Positions 43,890-54,176 of a stretch of 64,000 nt of DNA are shown in pieces. Each line of letters starts with the position of its first letter. Positions within the stretch are counted from its first letter, which is position 1. The position numbers were made by a program, and so were the translations under genes. The notes under the pieces are model-generated. The model was given only the letters and a program-made list of their open reading frames with translations. It made no database searches and was not told where the DNA came from. Origin of the DNA: a virus; the IMG/VR virus record IMGVR_UViG_3300007734_000751, positions 1 through 64,000 of that record. The stretch is one strand, 5' to 3'.

Positions 43890-44318
43890 ATGCAAGTTGG
43901 ATATAAGCTTATTGAAATTGCAACAGGCAATGTTATTCAATCTTGGGGCGGTAATTGGGGTCAGCTTCCTAATCCCCCAAGCCCAATAGAACTTCCTACT
44001 GGCGAGCAAGTATGCGGCGCTCAGACAGGAGACGAGTTTAACGGATATAGATTAGATCCGTGGAATATGGATAGTCCTCCAGTTCCTCAACAAGCCCCTA
44101 TGTGGGCTGTTAGAACAGTTCTTCAAAATGACAATCTGTTTGACCAAGCTCAAGCAGCCATTACGGCGTCAACAGATAACGCGCTTAAGAATGTCTGGGA
44201 ATACGGTAATTTTGCTGACAGAAATTCCAAAGCTATTGCATCTTTAGCCGTAACACTTAATTTGACAGACGCACAAGTAGATCAAATGTTTTTCGACGCA
44301 AACAGTCTGGAAGTCTGA
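43890..44318 (+). CDS. Tail-associated/chaperone protein (B)
   Basis: WEY...L.LTDAQVDQMF C-terminal motif typical of proteins next to tail fibres. Confidence 0.55.
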   Translation: MQVGYKLIEIATGNVIQSWGGNWGQLPNPPSPIELPTGEQVCGAQTGDEFNGYRLDPWNMDSPPVPQQAPMWAVRTVLQNDNLFDQAQAAITASTDNALKNVWEYGNFADRNSKAIASLAVTLNLTDAQVDQMFFDANSLEV

Positions 44319-44452
44319 TGAAAATTGAACTTACATCGCAAGAATGGACTTATATTTTAAATGTGTTGGCTCAACGCCCTTATGGCGAAGTTGTTGAACT
44401 CATAGCCAAGATACAGAAACAAGCCGTTGACGATGTTTCTGTAAACGAGTAA
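44318..44452 (+). CDS. 44-aa tail-cassette protein (B; not in ORF track)
   Basis: MKIELTSQEWTYILNVLAQRPYGEVVELIAKIQKQA; TGATG coupling. Confidence 0.6.
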   Translation: MKIELTSQEWTYILNVLAQRPYGEVVELIAKIQKQAVDDVSVNE

Positions 44453-44462
44453 TTATATACGT

Positions 44463-44485
44463 TACCGACTAGCCGGATAGCTAGG
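44463..44485 (+). promoter_or_regulatory. Conserved scaffold 5'-UTR RNA element (B)
   Basis: Identical to 6,822-6,844. Confidence 0.6.
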
Positions 44486-44500
44486 ATGATAGGAGGTCGC

Positions 44501-45283
44501 GTGAGCGACGAAGACCTTGCTACAGCGGAGATAAGCACCGCGTCAGAGTTGGAAGCTACGGTGGCCCCAACGACTGAGGAAACCAAACCGGAAGAACAGC
44601 CGTCCGAGAAGTTGTTCACTCAAAAAGAGCTGGACAAACTTATCGACAAACGGTTTCGCAAAGAGAAGCTAGACGCGGCTAAAGCAGCCCAGGAGTTAGC
44701 TCGACTTCAGGCAGAATTGCAGGCCAAAACTGCAAATCCGCCAGCGCCAGATGACTTTGAGAACGCTCATGCTTATGCGGAAGCATTAGCAGAGCAAAAA
44801 GCTCAACAGCTTCTGTTGCGTAAAGAAGAAGAGCGGCAACAAGCGGCAGCGCTTGAGGCGTATAGAGAGCGTGAAGAGGAAGCGCGCGAAAAATACGACG
44901 ACTTTGAACAAGTCGCGTATAACGAGCACCTCCCCGTAACGGACTATATGGCCCAAGTCATTCAGGCTTCAGACATCGGCCCCGAAGTGATTTATCACTT
45001 AGGATCTAACCCGAAAGAAGCCCATCGAATAGCCAAGTTACCGCCGATCTTGCAAGCAAGAGAAATCGGGCGAATCGAAGCCAAATTGGCCGCTGATCCA
45101 CCGACTAAACGCACTTCAACTGCGCCAGCTCCGCTTGCTCCTGTTTCAGCTACTCGGTCGAGTTCAGGCCCAAGGTATGACACGACAGATCCTAGAGCTA
45201 TCAAGGATATGACGCCGTCTCAATGGATTGAAGCCGACAGGTTGCGACAGATCAAGAAGATGGAAGCGCAAAACCGTAGGTAA
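44501..45283 (+). CDS. Scaffolding protein (B, GTG start)
   Basis: AGGAGG RBS then GTG AGC GAC GAA; homolog of 6,862. Confidence 0.85.
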   Translation: MSDEDLATAEISTASELEATVAPTTEETKPEEQPSEKLFTQKELDKLIDKRFRKEKLDAAKAAQELARLQAELQAKTANPPAPDDFENAHAYAEALAEQKAQQLLLRKEEERQQAAALEAYREREEEAREKYDDFEQVAYNEHLPVTDYMAQVIQASDIGPEVIYHLGSNPKEAHRIAKLPPILQAREIGRIEAKLAADPPTKRTSTAPAPLAPVSATRSSSGPRYDTTDPRAIKDMTPSQWIEADRLRQIKKMEAQNRR

Positions 45284-45290
45284 TTAAGTC

Positions 45291-46487
45291 ATGTCAAACT
45301 CAATTTTAACAATTGACATGATTACTCGCAAGGCTCTTGAGATCCTTGAGAATAATCTTGTCCTTACGCGCACTGTAAACCGTCAGTATGACGACTCTTT
45401 CGCCGTTGAAGGCGCTAAGATCGGCTCGACCCTTCGCATCCGTCTTCCTGACCGCGCTCTGGTCACGGACGGCGCTGCCCTTCAGGTTCAGGACGACAAC
45501 GAGCAATACACCACGCTCGCTGTTTCCAGCCAGAAGCACATCGGCGTAAACTTTACGACCGCCGAACTGACGATGCAGTTGGACGACTTCGCTGAACGTG
45601 TTCTGAAGCCTCGTATTTCGCAGCTTGCGTCTTCTATCGACGCTGACGTTGCGAATAGCTTCAAATACATCGGCAACTCGGTCGGCACCCCAGGCACCAC
45701 GCCTGCTACGTCGCTCGTCCTGTTGCAAGCTCAACAGAAGCTCAACGAGAACGCCGCTGTTATGCAGCCTCGTTATGCCACTGTTAACCCAGCCGCTAAC
45801 GCTGCGTTGATCGAAGGCATGAAAGGTCTGTTCAACCCTGTGTCGGCTATCTCGAAGCAGTTCAAGAACGGCGTATTTGGCGAAGGCATCCTCGGCTACG
45901 ACGAGCTGAATATGTCTCAGTCAATCAAGCAGTTCACGACTGGCTCACGCGCTGGCACCGTTACGGTTAGCACGACTGTTACTTCGGAAGGTTCAACCAG
46001 CATCGTTCTTACGGGCCTTGGCTCAACGACGATCAAAGCTGGCGACGTCTTCACGATTGCTAACGTCTACGCTGTTAACCCACAGACCCGTGAATCAACC
46101 GGCTCGCTCTATCAGTTCGTTGCTCTTGCTGACGTTACGGCGTCAACGACCGCTACGGTCACTGTTCCTGCGATGTATTCGGCTTCACAGGCTCTTGCTA
46201 CGGTTGACGCGCTTCCTGTTGCTACGGCTGCGGTCACGTTCCTCGGCGCTGCTTCTACGCAGTATCCACAGAACTTGATCTATCATCGTGACGCGATCAC
46301 CTTCGCCACCGCCGATCTTCTGCTTCCGCAGGGCGTCGATATGGCAAGCCGTCAGGTTCACAATGGCATCAGCTTACGCGTTGTTCGTCAGTATGACATC
46401 AATAACGACCGTCTGCCTTGCCGTATTGACGTGCTCTATGGCTACAGCGTGATTCGTCCGCAGATGGCCGTTCGCCTTTGGGGCTAA
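45291..46487 (+). CDS. Major capsid protein (B)
   Basis: Near-identical to 7,649-8,845. Confidence 0.95.
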   Translation: MSNSILTIDMITRKALEILENNLVLTRTVNRQYDDSFAVEGAKIGSTLRIRLPDRALVTDGAALQVQDDNEQYTTLAVSSQKHIGVNFTTAELTMQLDDFAERVLKPRISQLASSIDADVANSFKYIGNSVGTPGTTPATSLVLLQAQQKLNENAAVMQPRYATVNPAANAALIEGMKGLFNPVSAISKQFKNGVFGEGILGYDELNMSQSIKQFTTGSRAGTVTVSTTVTSEGSTSIVLTGLGSTTIKAGDVFTIANVYAVNPQTRESTGSLYQFVALADVTASTTATVTVPAMYSASQALATVDALPVATAAVTFLGAASTQYPQNLIYHRDAITFATADLLLPQGVDMASRQVHNGISLRVVRQYDINNDRLPCRIDVLYGYSVIRPQMAVRLWG

Positions 46488-46488
46488 T

Positions 46489-46515
46489 AGAGTGGGCTTC
46501 GGCCCGCTCTTTTTT
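46489..46515 (+). terminator. cUUCGg hairpin with U-tract
   Basis: agagtgggc-ttcg-gcccgctct-ttttt. Confidence 0.7.
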
Positions 46516-46539
46516 CTCATCATTCTTGGAGTTTAACCC

Positions 46540-46995
46540 ATGACAACTACTCAGAACGCGGCTTATCCGCTTGAGACGTTTGGCCCTTATGGCCCTATCC
46601 CAAATGGCGATGGCGGCTATCAGCTCGGCGCAGGCAATCTGTTAGAAGGAAATATGCAGGTAGCTACCGTTACGTCTTTGACGGGCGATGCTACTTTGAC
46701 GGCAGCGCAGGTCGCTGGCGGCATCATTTCCTGCAATAAAGGCAGCGACGCTGGCCTCACGGTTACGACGCCTACCGGCACGTTGCTTGACGCTGGTTTT
46801 CCAAGCGCCAAAGTTGGCTCAACCTTTGAGCTGACGATCACCAACAACAATAACAGCGGCGCTTCGTCGACTGTTACGTTCTCAGGTGGCACAGGCGTTA
46901 CGGTTGTTGGCTCTGGCACTGTTGCTCGTTACGGCGGCGCTACCTATCGCTTCGTCAAGACCGGCACGGCTACTTACTCTGCCTATCTGAAATAA
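46540..46995 (+). CDS. Capsid decoration/minor head protein (B)
   Basis: Homolog of 8,897-9,355. Confidence 0.6.
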   Translation: MTTTQNAAYPLETFGPYGPIPNGDGGYQLGAGNLLEGNMQVATVTSLTGDATLTAAQVAGGIISCNKGSDAGLTVTTPTGTLLDAGFPSAKVGSTFELTITNNNNSGASSTVTFSGGTGVTVVGSGTVARYGGATYRFVKTGTATYSAYLK

Positions 46996-46996
46996 T

Positions 46997-47020
46997 AGGG
47001 TGGGCTTTGGCCCACTCTTT
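46997..47020 (+). terminator. cUUUGg hairpin
   Basis: agggtgggc-tttg-gcccactct-tt. Confidence 0.55.
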
Positions 47021-47037
47021 CCTTTAGGAGATTAAAA

Positions 47038-47310
47038 ATGCCAAACACCAAAGCGGTTGGTGTTGCGTTCTCTGATCCAGAACTCAGCGGCGCATCTATC
47101 ACCAACTCGACATTCACATCGTCAGCTACGACGGGCGCTGTTATCGCTAACGCGACGGCAGGTCTTTACTTTCTGACATCTGCCATTACGGCTAACTCGA
47201 CCACGACAACGGCACCTGCCGGTTCGATTGCTACGACAACGAACGCAACAGGCACCGGCAAATTGTTTGTGTCAGATGGCACCAAATGGCAGTTTGCAGT
47301 AGTAGCCTAA
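47038..47310 (+). CDS. Head fibre/decoration protein (B, short form)
   Basis: Shared MPNTK.VGVAFSDPEL; APAGS...LFVSDGTKW C-terminus. Confidence 0.55.
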   Translation: MPNTKAVGVAFSDPELSGASITNSTFTSSATTGAVIANATAGLYFLTSAITANSTTTTAPAGSIATTTNATGTGKLFVSDGTKWQFAVVA

Positions 47311-47316
47311 CAAACT

Positions 47317-47339
47317 CAGCGGCCTTTGGGCCGCTGTTT
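47317..47339 (+). terminator. cUUUGg hairpin
   Basis: cagcggcc-tttg-ggccgctg-ttt. Confidence 0.6.
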
Positions 47340-47355
47340 CCTTAGAAAGTTACAC

Positions 47356-47559
47356 ATGGCTGTTATTTATTTGAAACACCCCGAACATGGGGTTAAAGTG
47401 GCGTGTCTCGACCTAGAGGCCGAAGCCGACGAAGAGAACGGCTGGATAAGGTTCGACCCAGATGACGACATACAGTGCGTACGACCAGATTTGCGGAGCG
47501 TTGAGGCTCCTAGGAGTGTTAGCCGAAGGCGAAACGCCCTCAGTAGAAACAGCGAATGA
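47356..47559 (+). CDS. Small head-region protein (B)
   Basis: Homolog of 9,917-10,120. Confidence 0.6.
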   Translation: MAVIYLKHPEHGVKVACLDLEAEADEENGWIRFDPDDDIQCVRPDLRSVEAPRSVSRRRNALSRNSE

Positions 47560-48178
47560 TGCGCTGTATGCGCTGAATCAAATGATCGACAGTTGGGACA
47601 CCGAGCGTTTGGCGGTGTTCTCAACTAAAGATGATGTCTATCTTTGGCCTGCGGGTCAAATATCGCGCACTTATGGCCCTACCGGCGACGTGGTTGGCGA
47701 GCGCCCTGTCCTATTAGATGACTCAACCTACTTCCGCGATCCGCAGACCAACGTGTCTTACGGAATCAAGTTTATCAATCAACAACAATATGATGGGATT
47801 GCCGTTAAGACGGTAACGTCAACTTATCCACAGGTCATGTGGATAAATATGAGCTACCCAAATATTGAAATGTATGTTTATCCAGTGCCGTTGCGGTTGT
47901 TGGAATGGCATTTCATTTCCGTTGAACGGCTAACGCAGCCAGCGACATTAGCTACGGCGATCCTTTTCCCGCCAGGTTATCTGCGCGCTTTCCGTTACAA
48001 TCTGGCTTGCGAGCTTGCGCCTGAGTTTGGTGTTGAGCCATCGCCGACGGTTAGCCGCATCGCCATGTATAGCAAGCGCGATCTGAAGCGTATCAATAAC
48101 CCTGACGACATTATGGCCCTGCCTTACAGCATCGTCGGCACACGTCAGCGCTATAACATCTACGCGGGCAATTACTGA
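47462..48178 (+). CDS. Head completion/tail adaptor (B)
   Basis: Near-identical to 10,023-10,739. Confidence 0.75.
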   Translation: MTTYSAYDQICGALRLLGVLAEGETPSVETANDALYALNQMIDSWDTERLAVFSTKDDVYLWPAGQISRTYGPTGDVVGERPVLLDDSTYFRDPQTNVSYGIKFINQQQYDGIAVKTVTSTYPQVMWINMSYPNIEMYVYPVPLRLLEWHFISVERLTQPATLATAILFPPGYLRAFRYNLACELAPEFGVEPSPTVSRIAMYSKRDLKRINNPDDIMALPYSIVGTRQRYNIYAGNY

Positions 48179-49956
48179 TGAAGACGCCGATCTTAGGCAG
48201 CTCATATGTAACCAGAAGCCCCAACGCGGCGGACAGCCGTATGGTCAATCTCTTCCCAGAGGTCATACCAGAAGGCGGCAAAGAAGCCGCATGGTTACAG
48301 CGCGCGCCTGGACTGCGGTATCTTCAGACATTAGGCGCAGGGCCAGTGCGCGGATTGTGGACGTTTACAAGCGATAGAATCGCGCCTGCCGTCGGCGAAT
48401 CTGCTACAGCGACTTATGGATATGCAGTATCGGCTAAAACTTTATACCGTATTGATACTGATTGGAATTATACTTCGTTAGGAACGATTGAAGGTGTAGA
48501 TCAAGTTACCATGACAGATAACGGACGGCAGATGTTTATCGCCGCCGGAACGTACGGCTACATTTATAACAGCACGTATAAAAAAGTTGCCTTCAACACG
48601 ACGAATACAAGCACAACTGTATCGGGCGGCGATACGACTTATGTTTACCCTGGTCAACCTGTGTCAGGCACCGGCATACCTGTAGGCGCGACCGTTGTTA
48701 GTGTAACTAATGCCACGACGTTTGTCTTATCGGCAGCGGCTACAGCAACAAATACCGGCACAACGCTGACATTCTCACCTTTTATAACTCAACTTACATC
48801 GCCGTTTGCTGGCGCTGTTGGTTGTGGCTTTCTTGACGGCTGGTTTGTATTTAACCAACCAAACAGTCAGATCTTTTGGGTTATGGATTCTACCGGCACA
48901 ACGATTGACCCGCTCTATTTTGCCAGTGCGGAAGGCTCACCTGACAATCTTGTTACGCTGATTGTCGATCACCGCGAAATCTGGCTGTTTGGCACTAACT
49001 CCGTCGAAGTTTGGTATGACGCCGGTTTGCCTGACTTTCCTATGGCGCGCATCCAAGGCGCGTTTAATGAAATAGGTTGTCTTGCGGCCTATTCGGTTGC
49101 GAAGCTCGACAACGGCTTGTTTTGGCTCGGCACCGACGCGCGCGGTAACGGTATTGTTTATCGCTCGAAAGGCTATTCCGGCGAGCGCGTTTCAACCCAC
49201 GCCGTTGAATGGCAGATCCAACAATACTCAACGCTTTCCGATGCTGTGGGATATACCTACCAACAAGACGGCCACAGCTTCTACGTTCTGAACTTTCCGA
49301 ACGCCAACACGACATGGGTTTATGACGTGGCGACTGGCGCATGGCATGAGCGCGCTGGATGGGAAAACAATCAATTTACCCGCACACGCGGCAACTGTCA
49401 GATGAACTTCAACAATGAGATCGTCATTGGAGACTATCGCACAGGCGAGATCTTTGCCTACGATCCGACAGTTTATACCGAAGCTGGCGCTACGCAGAAA
49501 TGGCTACGCTCTTGGCGCGCGTTGCCAACTGGTCAAAACGATTTAAACCGCACGGCGCAGCATAGTCTTCAACTGGACTGTCAAGCAGGTGTCGGTCTGG
49601 CTGGCTACAGCCAGGAGGAAGTCAATGATATTATTTATATTTATGATCGCGCACATGATTATATTCTTGACCGCGCTGGGTCTGCTTTAAAGATCCGCGA
49701 CTACGCTCAATACACCATCACCATTGGCGCTGACCCACAAGTCATGTTGCGCTGGTCTGACGATGGGGGTCATACTTGGTCAAATGAACATTGGAAATCT
49801 ATGGGCCAGATCGGCGAAACAGGCTATCGCACAATCTGGCGTCGGCTTGGCATGACTTTAAAACTCCGTGATAGAGTCTATGAAATTTCCGGCACGGATC
49901 CTGTGCAGATAGCGATCATGGGCGCTGAGTTGCACGCGAGTCCGACCAATGCCTAA
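48178..49956 (+). CDS. P22 gp10-like tail hub (B)
   Basis: Homolog of 10,739-12,517. Confidence 0.9.
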   Translation: MKTPILGSSYVTRSPNAADSRMVNLFPEVIPEGGKEAAWLQRAPGLRYLQTLGAGPVRGLWTFTSDRIAPAVGESATATYGYAVSAKTLYRIDTDWNYTSLGTIEGVDQVTMTDNGRQMFIAAGTYGYIYNSTYKKVAFNTTNTSTTVSGGDTTYVYPGQPVSGTGIPVGATVVSVTNATTFVLSAAATATNTGTTLTFSPFITQLTSPFAGAVGCGFLDGWFVFNQPNSQIFWVMDSTGTTIDPLYFASAEGSPDNLVTLIVDHREIWLFGTNSVEVWYDAGLPDFPMARIQGAFNEIGCLAAYSVAKLDNGLFWLGTDARGNGIVYRSKGYSGERVSTHAVEWQIQQYSTLSDAVGYTYQQDGHSFYVLNFPNANTTWVYDVATGAWHERAGWENNQFTRTRGNCQMNFNNEIVIGDYRTGEIFAYDPTVYTEAGATQKWLRSWRALPTGQNDLNRTAQHSLQLDCQAGVGLAGYSQEEVNDIIYIYDRAHDYILDRAGSALKIRDYAQYTITIGADPQVMLRWSDDGGHTWSNEHWKSMGQIGETGYRTIWRRLGMTLKLRDRVYEISGTDPVQIAIMGAELHASPTNA

Positions 49957-50554
49957 TTATATCGACAATAACACGCAAATCCCTGCGGCCCGCGTCAAGA
50001 TGAATGACGACTCTACGGGATTTGTGAACCGGCCTTGGTATCGTTGGTTCTTTAATATGTATCAAGCCGTCGAAGCAGGGCGGCGATACGGATCTTTTTA
50101 TAGCACGGCGACACAAACTGCGACGGCGGCAAATACCGCATACGCCATGACTTACAATGCCACGACAGCTAATAAGCAAGGCACTGATCTTACTTACGGT
50201 GTATATACGGGCACACCAAATTCGCGTGTTTATGTAGATAATACAGCTACATATAACATACAGTTTTCCGCGCAATTTGTTAGCACTAACGCCGCGTCTA
50301 AAAACGTAACAATATGGCCTGCTATTAATGGCACGGCGGTTACAGCTTCTGCTACGCAAATTACAATGTCTGGTTCTAGCGGTGCCTATGTCGCTGCGTG
50401 GAATTTTCTGCTAAACCTTAACTCCGGCGATTATATTGAGATATATTGGGAAACGACCAATACAAACGTCTCAATCTATGCCGCCGCCGCATCGGGGCAT
50501 ATCCCCGCTATTCCTTCGGTCATCCTGACCGTAACAAGCTGTGTAGGTGTCTAA
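49949..50554 (+). CDS. Tail protein (B)
   Basis: Homolog of 12,510-13,115. Confidence 0.6.
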   Translation: MPNYIDNNTQIPAARVKMNDDSTGFVNRPWYRWFFNMYQAVEAGRRYGSFYSTATQTATAANTAYAMTYNATTANKQGTDLTYGVYTGTPNSRVYVDNTATYNIQFSAQFVSTNAASKNVTIWPAINGTAVTASATQITMSGSSGAYVAAWNFLLNLNSGDYIEIYWETTNTNVSIYAAAASGHIPAIPSVILTVTSCVGV

Positions 50555-51757
50555 ATGGCTGTCGTAACGCCAACCGCAAAAGCCCAATTTATTGACGCCG
50601 CAGGCATACCGCTCGCAGGCGGTTTTCTTTATACCTACGCCGCTGGCACGACCACGCCGCAGGCGACTTATACGGATTCGACCGCATCTACGGCAAACAG
50701 TAATCCAATTGTCTTAGACTCGCGCGGCGAAGCTAATATTTGGCTTACTGGCGCAAACTATAAATTTAAACTAACGGACGCTAACGGCACAGAGATCTGG
50801 ACGGTTGATAACATCGCTGCGCCTTCTACGGCGTTGTCGCCTGTGTTCGATAGTAACGTCACGATTTCGGCCAACACTTCTGGCCCTGCACTTCTTGTTA
50901 CGCAGACAGGCGCGGGCGCGGCTATTCGTATTCAAGATTCTACGGATCCTGACTCATCGCCTTTTGTGGTCGATAACGCAGGCAATGTTGGTATTGGCAC
51001 AGCGTCTCCGGCTAATGCACTTGATTTAGCGGGCGGCGCTATTCAGGTATCATCTTCCGGCGGCACAGCCCGCACTATCATGTCAGCGGATTCTACGGAT
51101 TCTATTTTTGCAGTTAGCGACGACCGTAATTTTACTGTTAAGACCAATACAGTAACACGACTGACCGTTAACAGCTCAACGGCAACTTCTACTGTTCCTG
51201 TCGTGCTTCCTGGCGATCCCACATCCGCGCTTCAAGCTGCACCTAAACAGTATGTTGACGCGGCTGGCCCTGCGGGCGCTATTATGGCCTTTGCGGGCAC
51301 GACCGCACCGTCAGGTTGGTTGAAGTGCGAAGGCCAAGCAGTATCACAAACTACATATGCAAGTCTCTACGCCGCGATAGGAACGAACTGGAATACAGGC
51401 GGCGAAGGCGCGGGCAATTTTAGATTGCCAGATCTTCGCGGGATGTTTGTGCGCGGCACAGGCACCAATGCGACTGGTTCGTCTAGCGGTGCAGTAGGCC
51501 CATCAGTCGGCACATACGCAGCCGATACATATTTGAACCATAGCCACGCTGTAACAGATCCAGGCCATACACATTCATTTCCTGGCTATGCAGGTTCATC
51601 TCCAAGCTCCGCAGTAAGTGGAAGTACTTGGTATATTACTGGTTCTAGCACTAACACCAATTCAAATACCACTGGCCTGACCGTTAACACATCCACGACC
51701 GGCGGCACGGAAACAAAGCCAAAGAACTATGGCGTGCTATACATCATCAAGACCTAG
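50555..51757 (+). CDS. Tail fibre with collar domain (B)
   Basis: Homolog of 13,116-14,312. Confidence 0.88.
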   Translation: MAVVTPTAKAQFIDAAGIPLAGGFLYTYAAGTTTPQATYTDSTASTANSNPIVLDSRGEANIWLTGANYKFKLTDANGTEIWTVDNIAAPSTALSPVFDSNVTISANTSGPALLVTQTGAGAAIRIQDSTDPDSSPFVVDNAGNVGIGTASPANALDLAGGAIQVSSSGGTARTIMSADSTDSIFAVSDDRNFTVKTNTVTRLTVNSSTATSTVPVVLPGDPTSALQAAPKQYVDAAGPAGAIMAFAGTTAPSGWLKCEGQAVSQTTYASLYAAIGTNWNTGGEGAGNFRLPDLRGMFVRGTGTNATGSSSGAVGPSVGTYAADTYLNHSHAVTDPGHTHSFPGYAGSSPSSAVSGSTWYITGSSTNTNSNTTGLTVNTSTTGGTETKPKNYGVLYIIKT

Positions 51758-51774
51758 TATTATAGTGAGGCATT

Positions 51775-52761
51775 ATGGATCCGTTAACATTAGGCTTATT
51801 GATGGGTGGCACGTCGTTAGCGACGGGCGGACTCAATTATCTAGGTTCCAAGCAAGCCGCTGGGACGCAGAGCGCGGCTGCACAACAGTCCGGCATATTT
51901 GGTATGCTGGCTCAACAGCAAGCGCTTCAGCAAGCCAAACAAATGGCCGAACAAGGCGCTGCGGCTGGACGTGAGTATTATGATAAAGGCCGCGCGGATC
52001 TTTTAAACCAAGGTAAGATCGCAGCGGATACGACTAATCAATTTTATGGGCAAGGCATAGGCTATCAACAGCCTTATATGCAAGCTGGCGAACAAGCGAC
52101 GAATCAGCTCGCGCAACTTTACGGCCCTAATGGCGCTTATACGCAGATGCCAACCATCGCTCAGATTGAAATGGATCCTAGCTATGCGTGGCGCACCCAA
52201 CAGGGGCAACAAGCACTTCTTAACGCAACGCGGGCTGGCGTAGGCGGCGCTAATGCCGGATCTGGTGCAGCGGGTAAAGCTTTTATTAACTACGGTCAGA
52301 ACGCTGCCAGCCAAGAATATGCTAGTGCGTATAATCGCTTTATGGCTAACCGCGCTCAAGCTGTTCAAGGTCTTCAAAACTTGGCCGGCACAGGCGCAGG
52401 TGCAGCTCAGACAGCGACAGGTCTAGCCGGTAGCATGGGCAATGCGTTGTCAGGCAATCAATTTAATCTCGGTTCCAATCTCGGTACGATGGCGTCTAAC
52501 GCTGGTTCGACGGTCGCCGGCGCTTACACAGGCGCGATTCCAACGGTCGCGGGGCTTGCGTCCGCTAATCCTTACGGCACAGCGGCTGAGAATGCTGCCG
52601 CAGCTCGCGCTTCAGGATATGTTGGCGGCACGTCAGCGCTGGGCAACGCCCTACAGGGCGGCGTCAACGGTATGTTGGCTTATAGCATGTTAAACCGTAT
52701 GCCGCAGCAAGCCACTAATTTTGGCGCTTATGGGCCGCAACCAACTTATAATGGGCTTTAA
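51775..52761 (+). CDS. Ejection protein 1 (B)
   Basis: Homolog of 14,330-15,304. Confidence 0.75.
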   Translation: MDPLTLGLLMGGTSLATGGLNYLGSKQAAGTQSAAAQQSGIFGMLAQQQALQQAKQMAEQGAAAGREYYDKGRADLLNQGKIAADTTNQFYGQGIGYQQPYMQAGEQATNQLAQLYGPNGAYTQMPTIAQIEMDPSYAWRTQQGQQALLNATRAGVGGANAGSGAAGKAFINYGQNAASQEYASAYNRFMANRAQAVQGLQNLAGTGAGAAQTATGLAGSMGNALSGNQFNLGSNLGTMASNAGSTVAGAYTGAIPTVAGLASANPYGTAAENAAAARASGYVGGTSALGNALQGGVNGMLAYSMLNRMPQQATNFGAYGPQPTYNGL

Positions 52762-52763
52762 CT

Positions 52764-54176
52764 ATGCCAGTTGACTACACAATAGCTGCACGCGGCGCAC
52801 AGGCTAACACAGCTCCTGACTTTGCGAATACACTCGCTCAGTATCAGATGATGGGCGCACGCGCACAGCAAGAACAGCTTCAACAGCTTCAAACGCAAAA
52901 GCTTCAACAAGAGCAACAACAACAGAACATGTTGCTTAATACTTTGCGTAATTTGGATATTAACTCACCTGAAGCGATTAATGTTTTAGCGCGCGGCGGC
53001 AATCTATCTGAAGCTTTGTCTGTTCAACAAGCTCAACGGCAAAATGAAGCGCTTCGCGCCCAAACGGCAGCGCAAAATGCGACCGCTGGATATCACACAG
53101 GTATGCTTGGTTTAGCTCAAGCTAAACTTCCGCTTGAGCAAAGAAAGCTAGAGCAAGAAGCTCTTAAAGAAGAACGTCTTGCAGGAGAGGCTGAAATTAA
53201 GTCTCAAAAAACTGCATATGAGCGCGACGCTGAAGTATTAAAAAAGCATGAAAACCTTGCTGCTAAAATCGTTATGAACGGCGGTAAAGGATATGATAAT
53301 TTTTATAAAAATGCGCCAGATGAATTAAAGCCATATCTTTCGCCGAAATATGACGAAGATATGCTCACCAATTTTACAACTCAAATGTCGACGGTTCAGG
53401 AAAACTTGAAGCGCGCGCATGAGTTTGAGTTAGTTGATAGGATCAATCCTCAGACTGGTCTTAAAGAAAAAATTGCTGTTCCTAAATACGCGCCTGAAAA
53501 GGGCGGCAAAGCTGTTGCTGGCACGCAAGGCGTTGTTCAAGAAAAATACGGATTTATGCCTGGGCCTGAAGGAACTGGCACTGTTATTCGTACCAATCCT
53601 CTAGCTGGCACCGCCGAGTCTTTACCGCTTACCAGCGGCATACCTGCGCCCCGCGTCCAAGCGCCGCCTGAAGGCAAGCTAACGCCCCGCGTTGATATGA
53701 ACGCGCCTCCTGGCGCTCCGGCTAACGCTCCTGAACCTGTGCCTGGAACGCCTGAATATACTAATCGTCGTTTTGGCCGTGAAGCTCTAGAGGCTATTGG
53801 TTTTAATCCGCAGACCGGCGAAGACCGCGTGTCAAAATTGATTAGCCAATCTACAAGTGGTGGATTGCAATCCATCGGTGCAGGCGTTCGCGGGTTTCTT
53901 GGTAAAGGCACGTCAGGTGCTCAAGCTATTGGTCAGATCAAACCAATCATCAATAACCTTATTTTGGAAAAAATGAATGGTAAGCTCGGCGCAGGCATAT
54001 CAAACGAAGACCGCGAGTTCTTTAAATCGACGCTTGGCAATCTAGATGACCCAAGCATTCCGTCAAACGTAAGACTTGCATCTTGGGAAGAGGCTAAACG
54101 CCGGCTTGCTAAGTATGCTGGCGGTATGGCCGCACCATCTGATAACCGTCCATCTCTTAACGAGATCTTTAAATAA
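52764..54176 (+). CDS. Ejection protein 2 (B)
   Basis: Homolog of 15,314-16,708 with a different C-terminal peptide. Confidence 0.65.
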   Translation: MPVDYTIAARGAQANTAPDFANTLAQYQMMGARAQQEQLQQLQTQKLQQEQQQQNMLLNTLRNLDINSPEAINVLARGGNLSEALSVQQAQRQNEALRAQTAAQNATAGYHTGMLGLAQAKLPLEQRKLEQEALKEERLAGEAEIKSQKTAYERDAEVLKKHENLAAKIVMNGGKGYDNFYKNAPDELKPYLSPKYDEDMLTNFTTQMSTVQENLKRAHEFELVDRINPQTGLKEKIAVPKYAPEKGGKAVAGTQGVVQEKYGFMPGPEGTGTVIRTNPLAGTAESLPLTSGIPAPRVQAPPEGKLTPRVDMNAPPGAPANAPEPVPGTPEYTNRRFGREALEAIGFNPQTGEDRVSKLISQSTSGGLQSIGAGVRGFLGKGTSGAQAIGQIKPIINNLILEKMNGKLGAGISNEDREFFKSTLGNLDDPSIPSNVRLASWEEAKRRLAKYAGGMAAPSDNRPSLNEIFK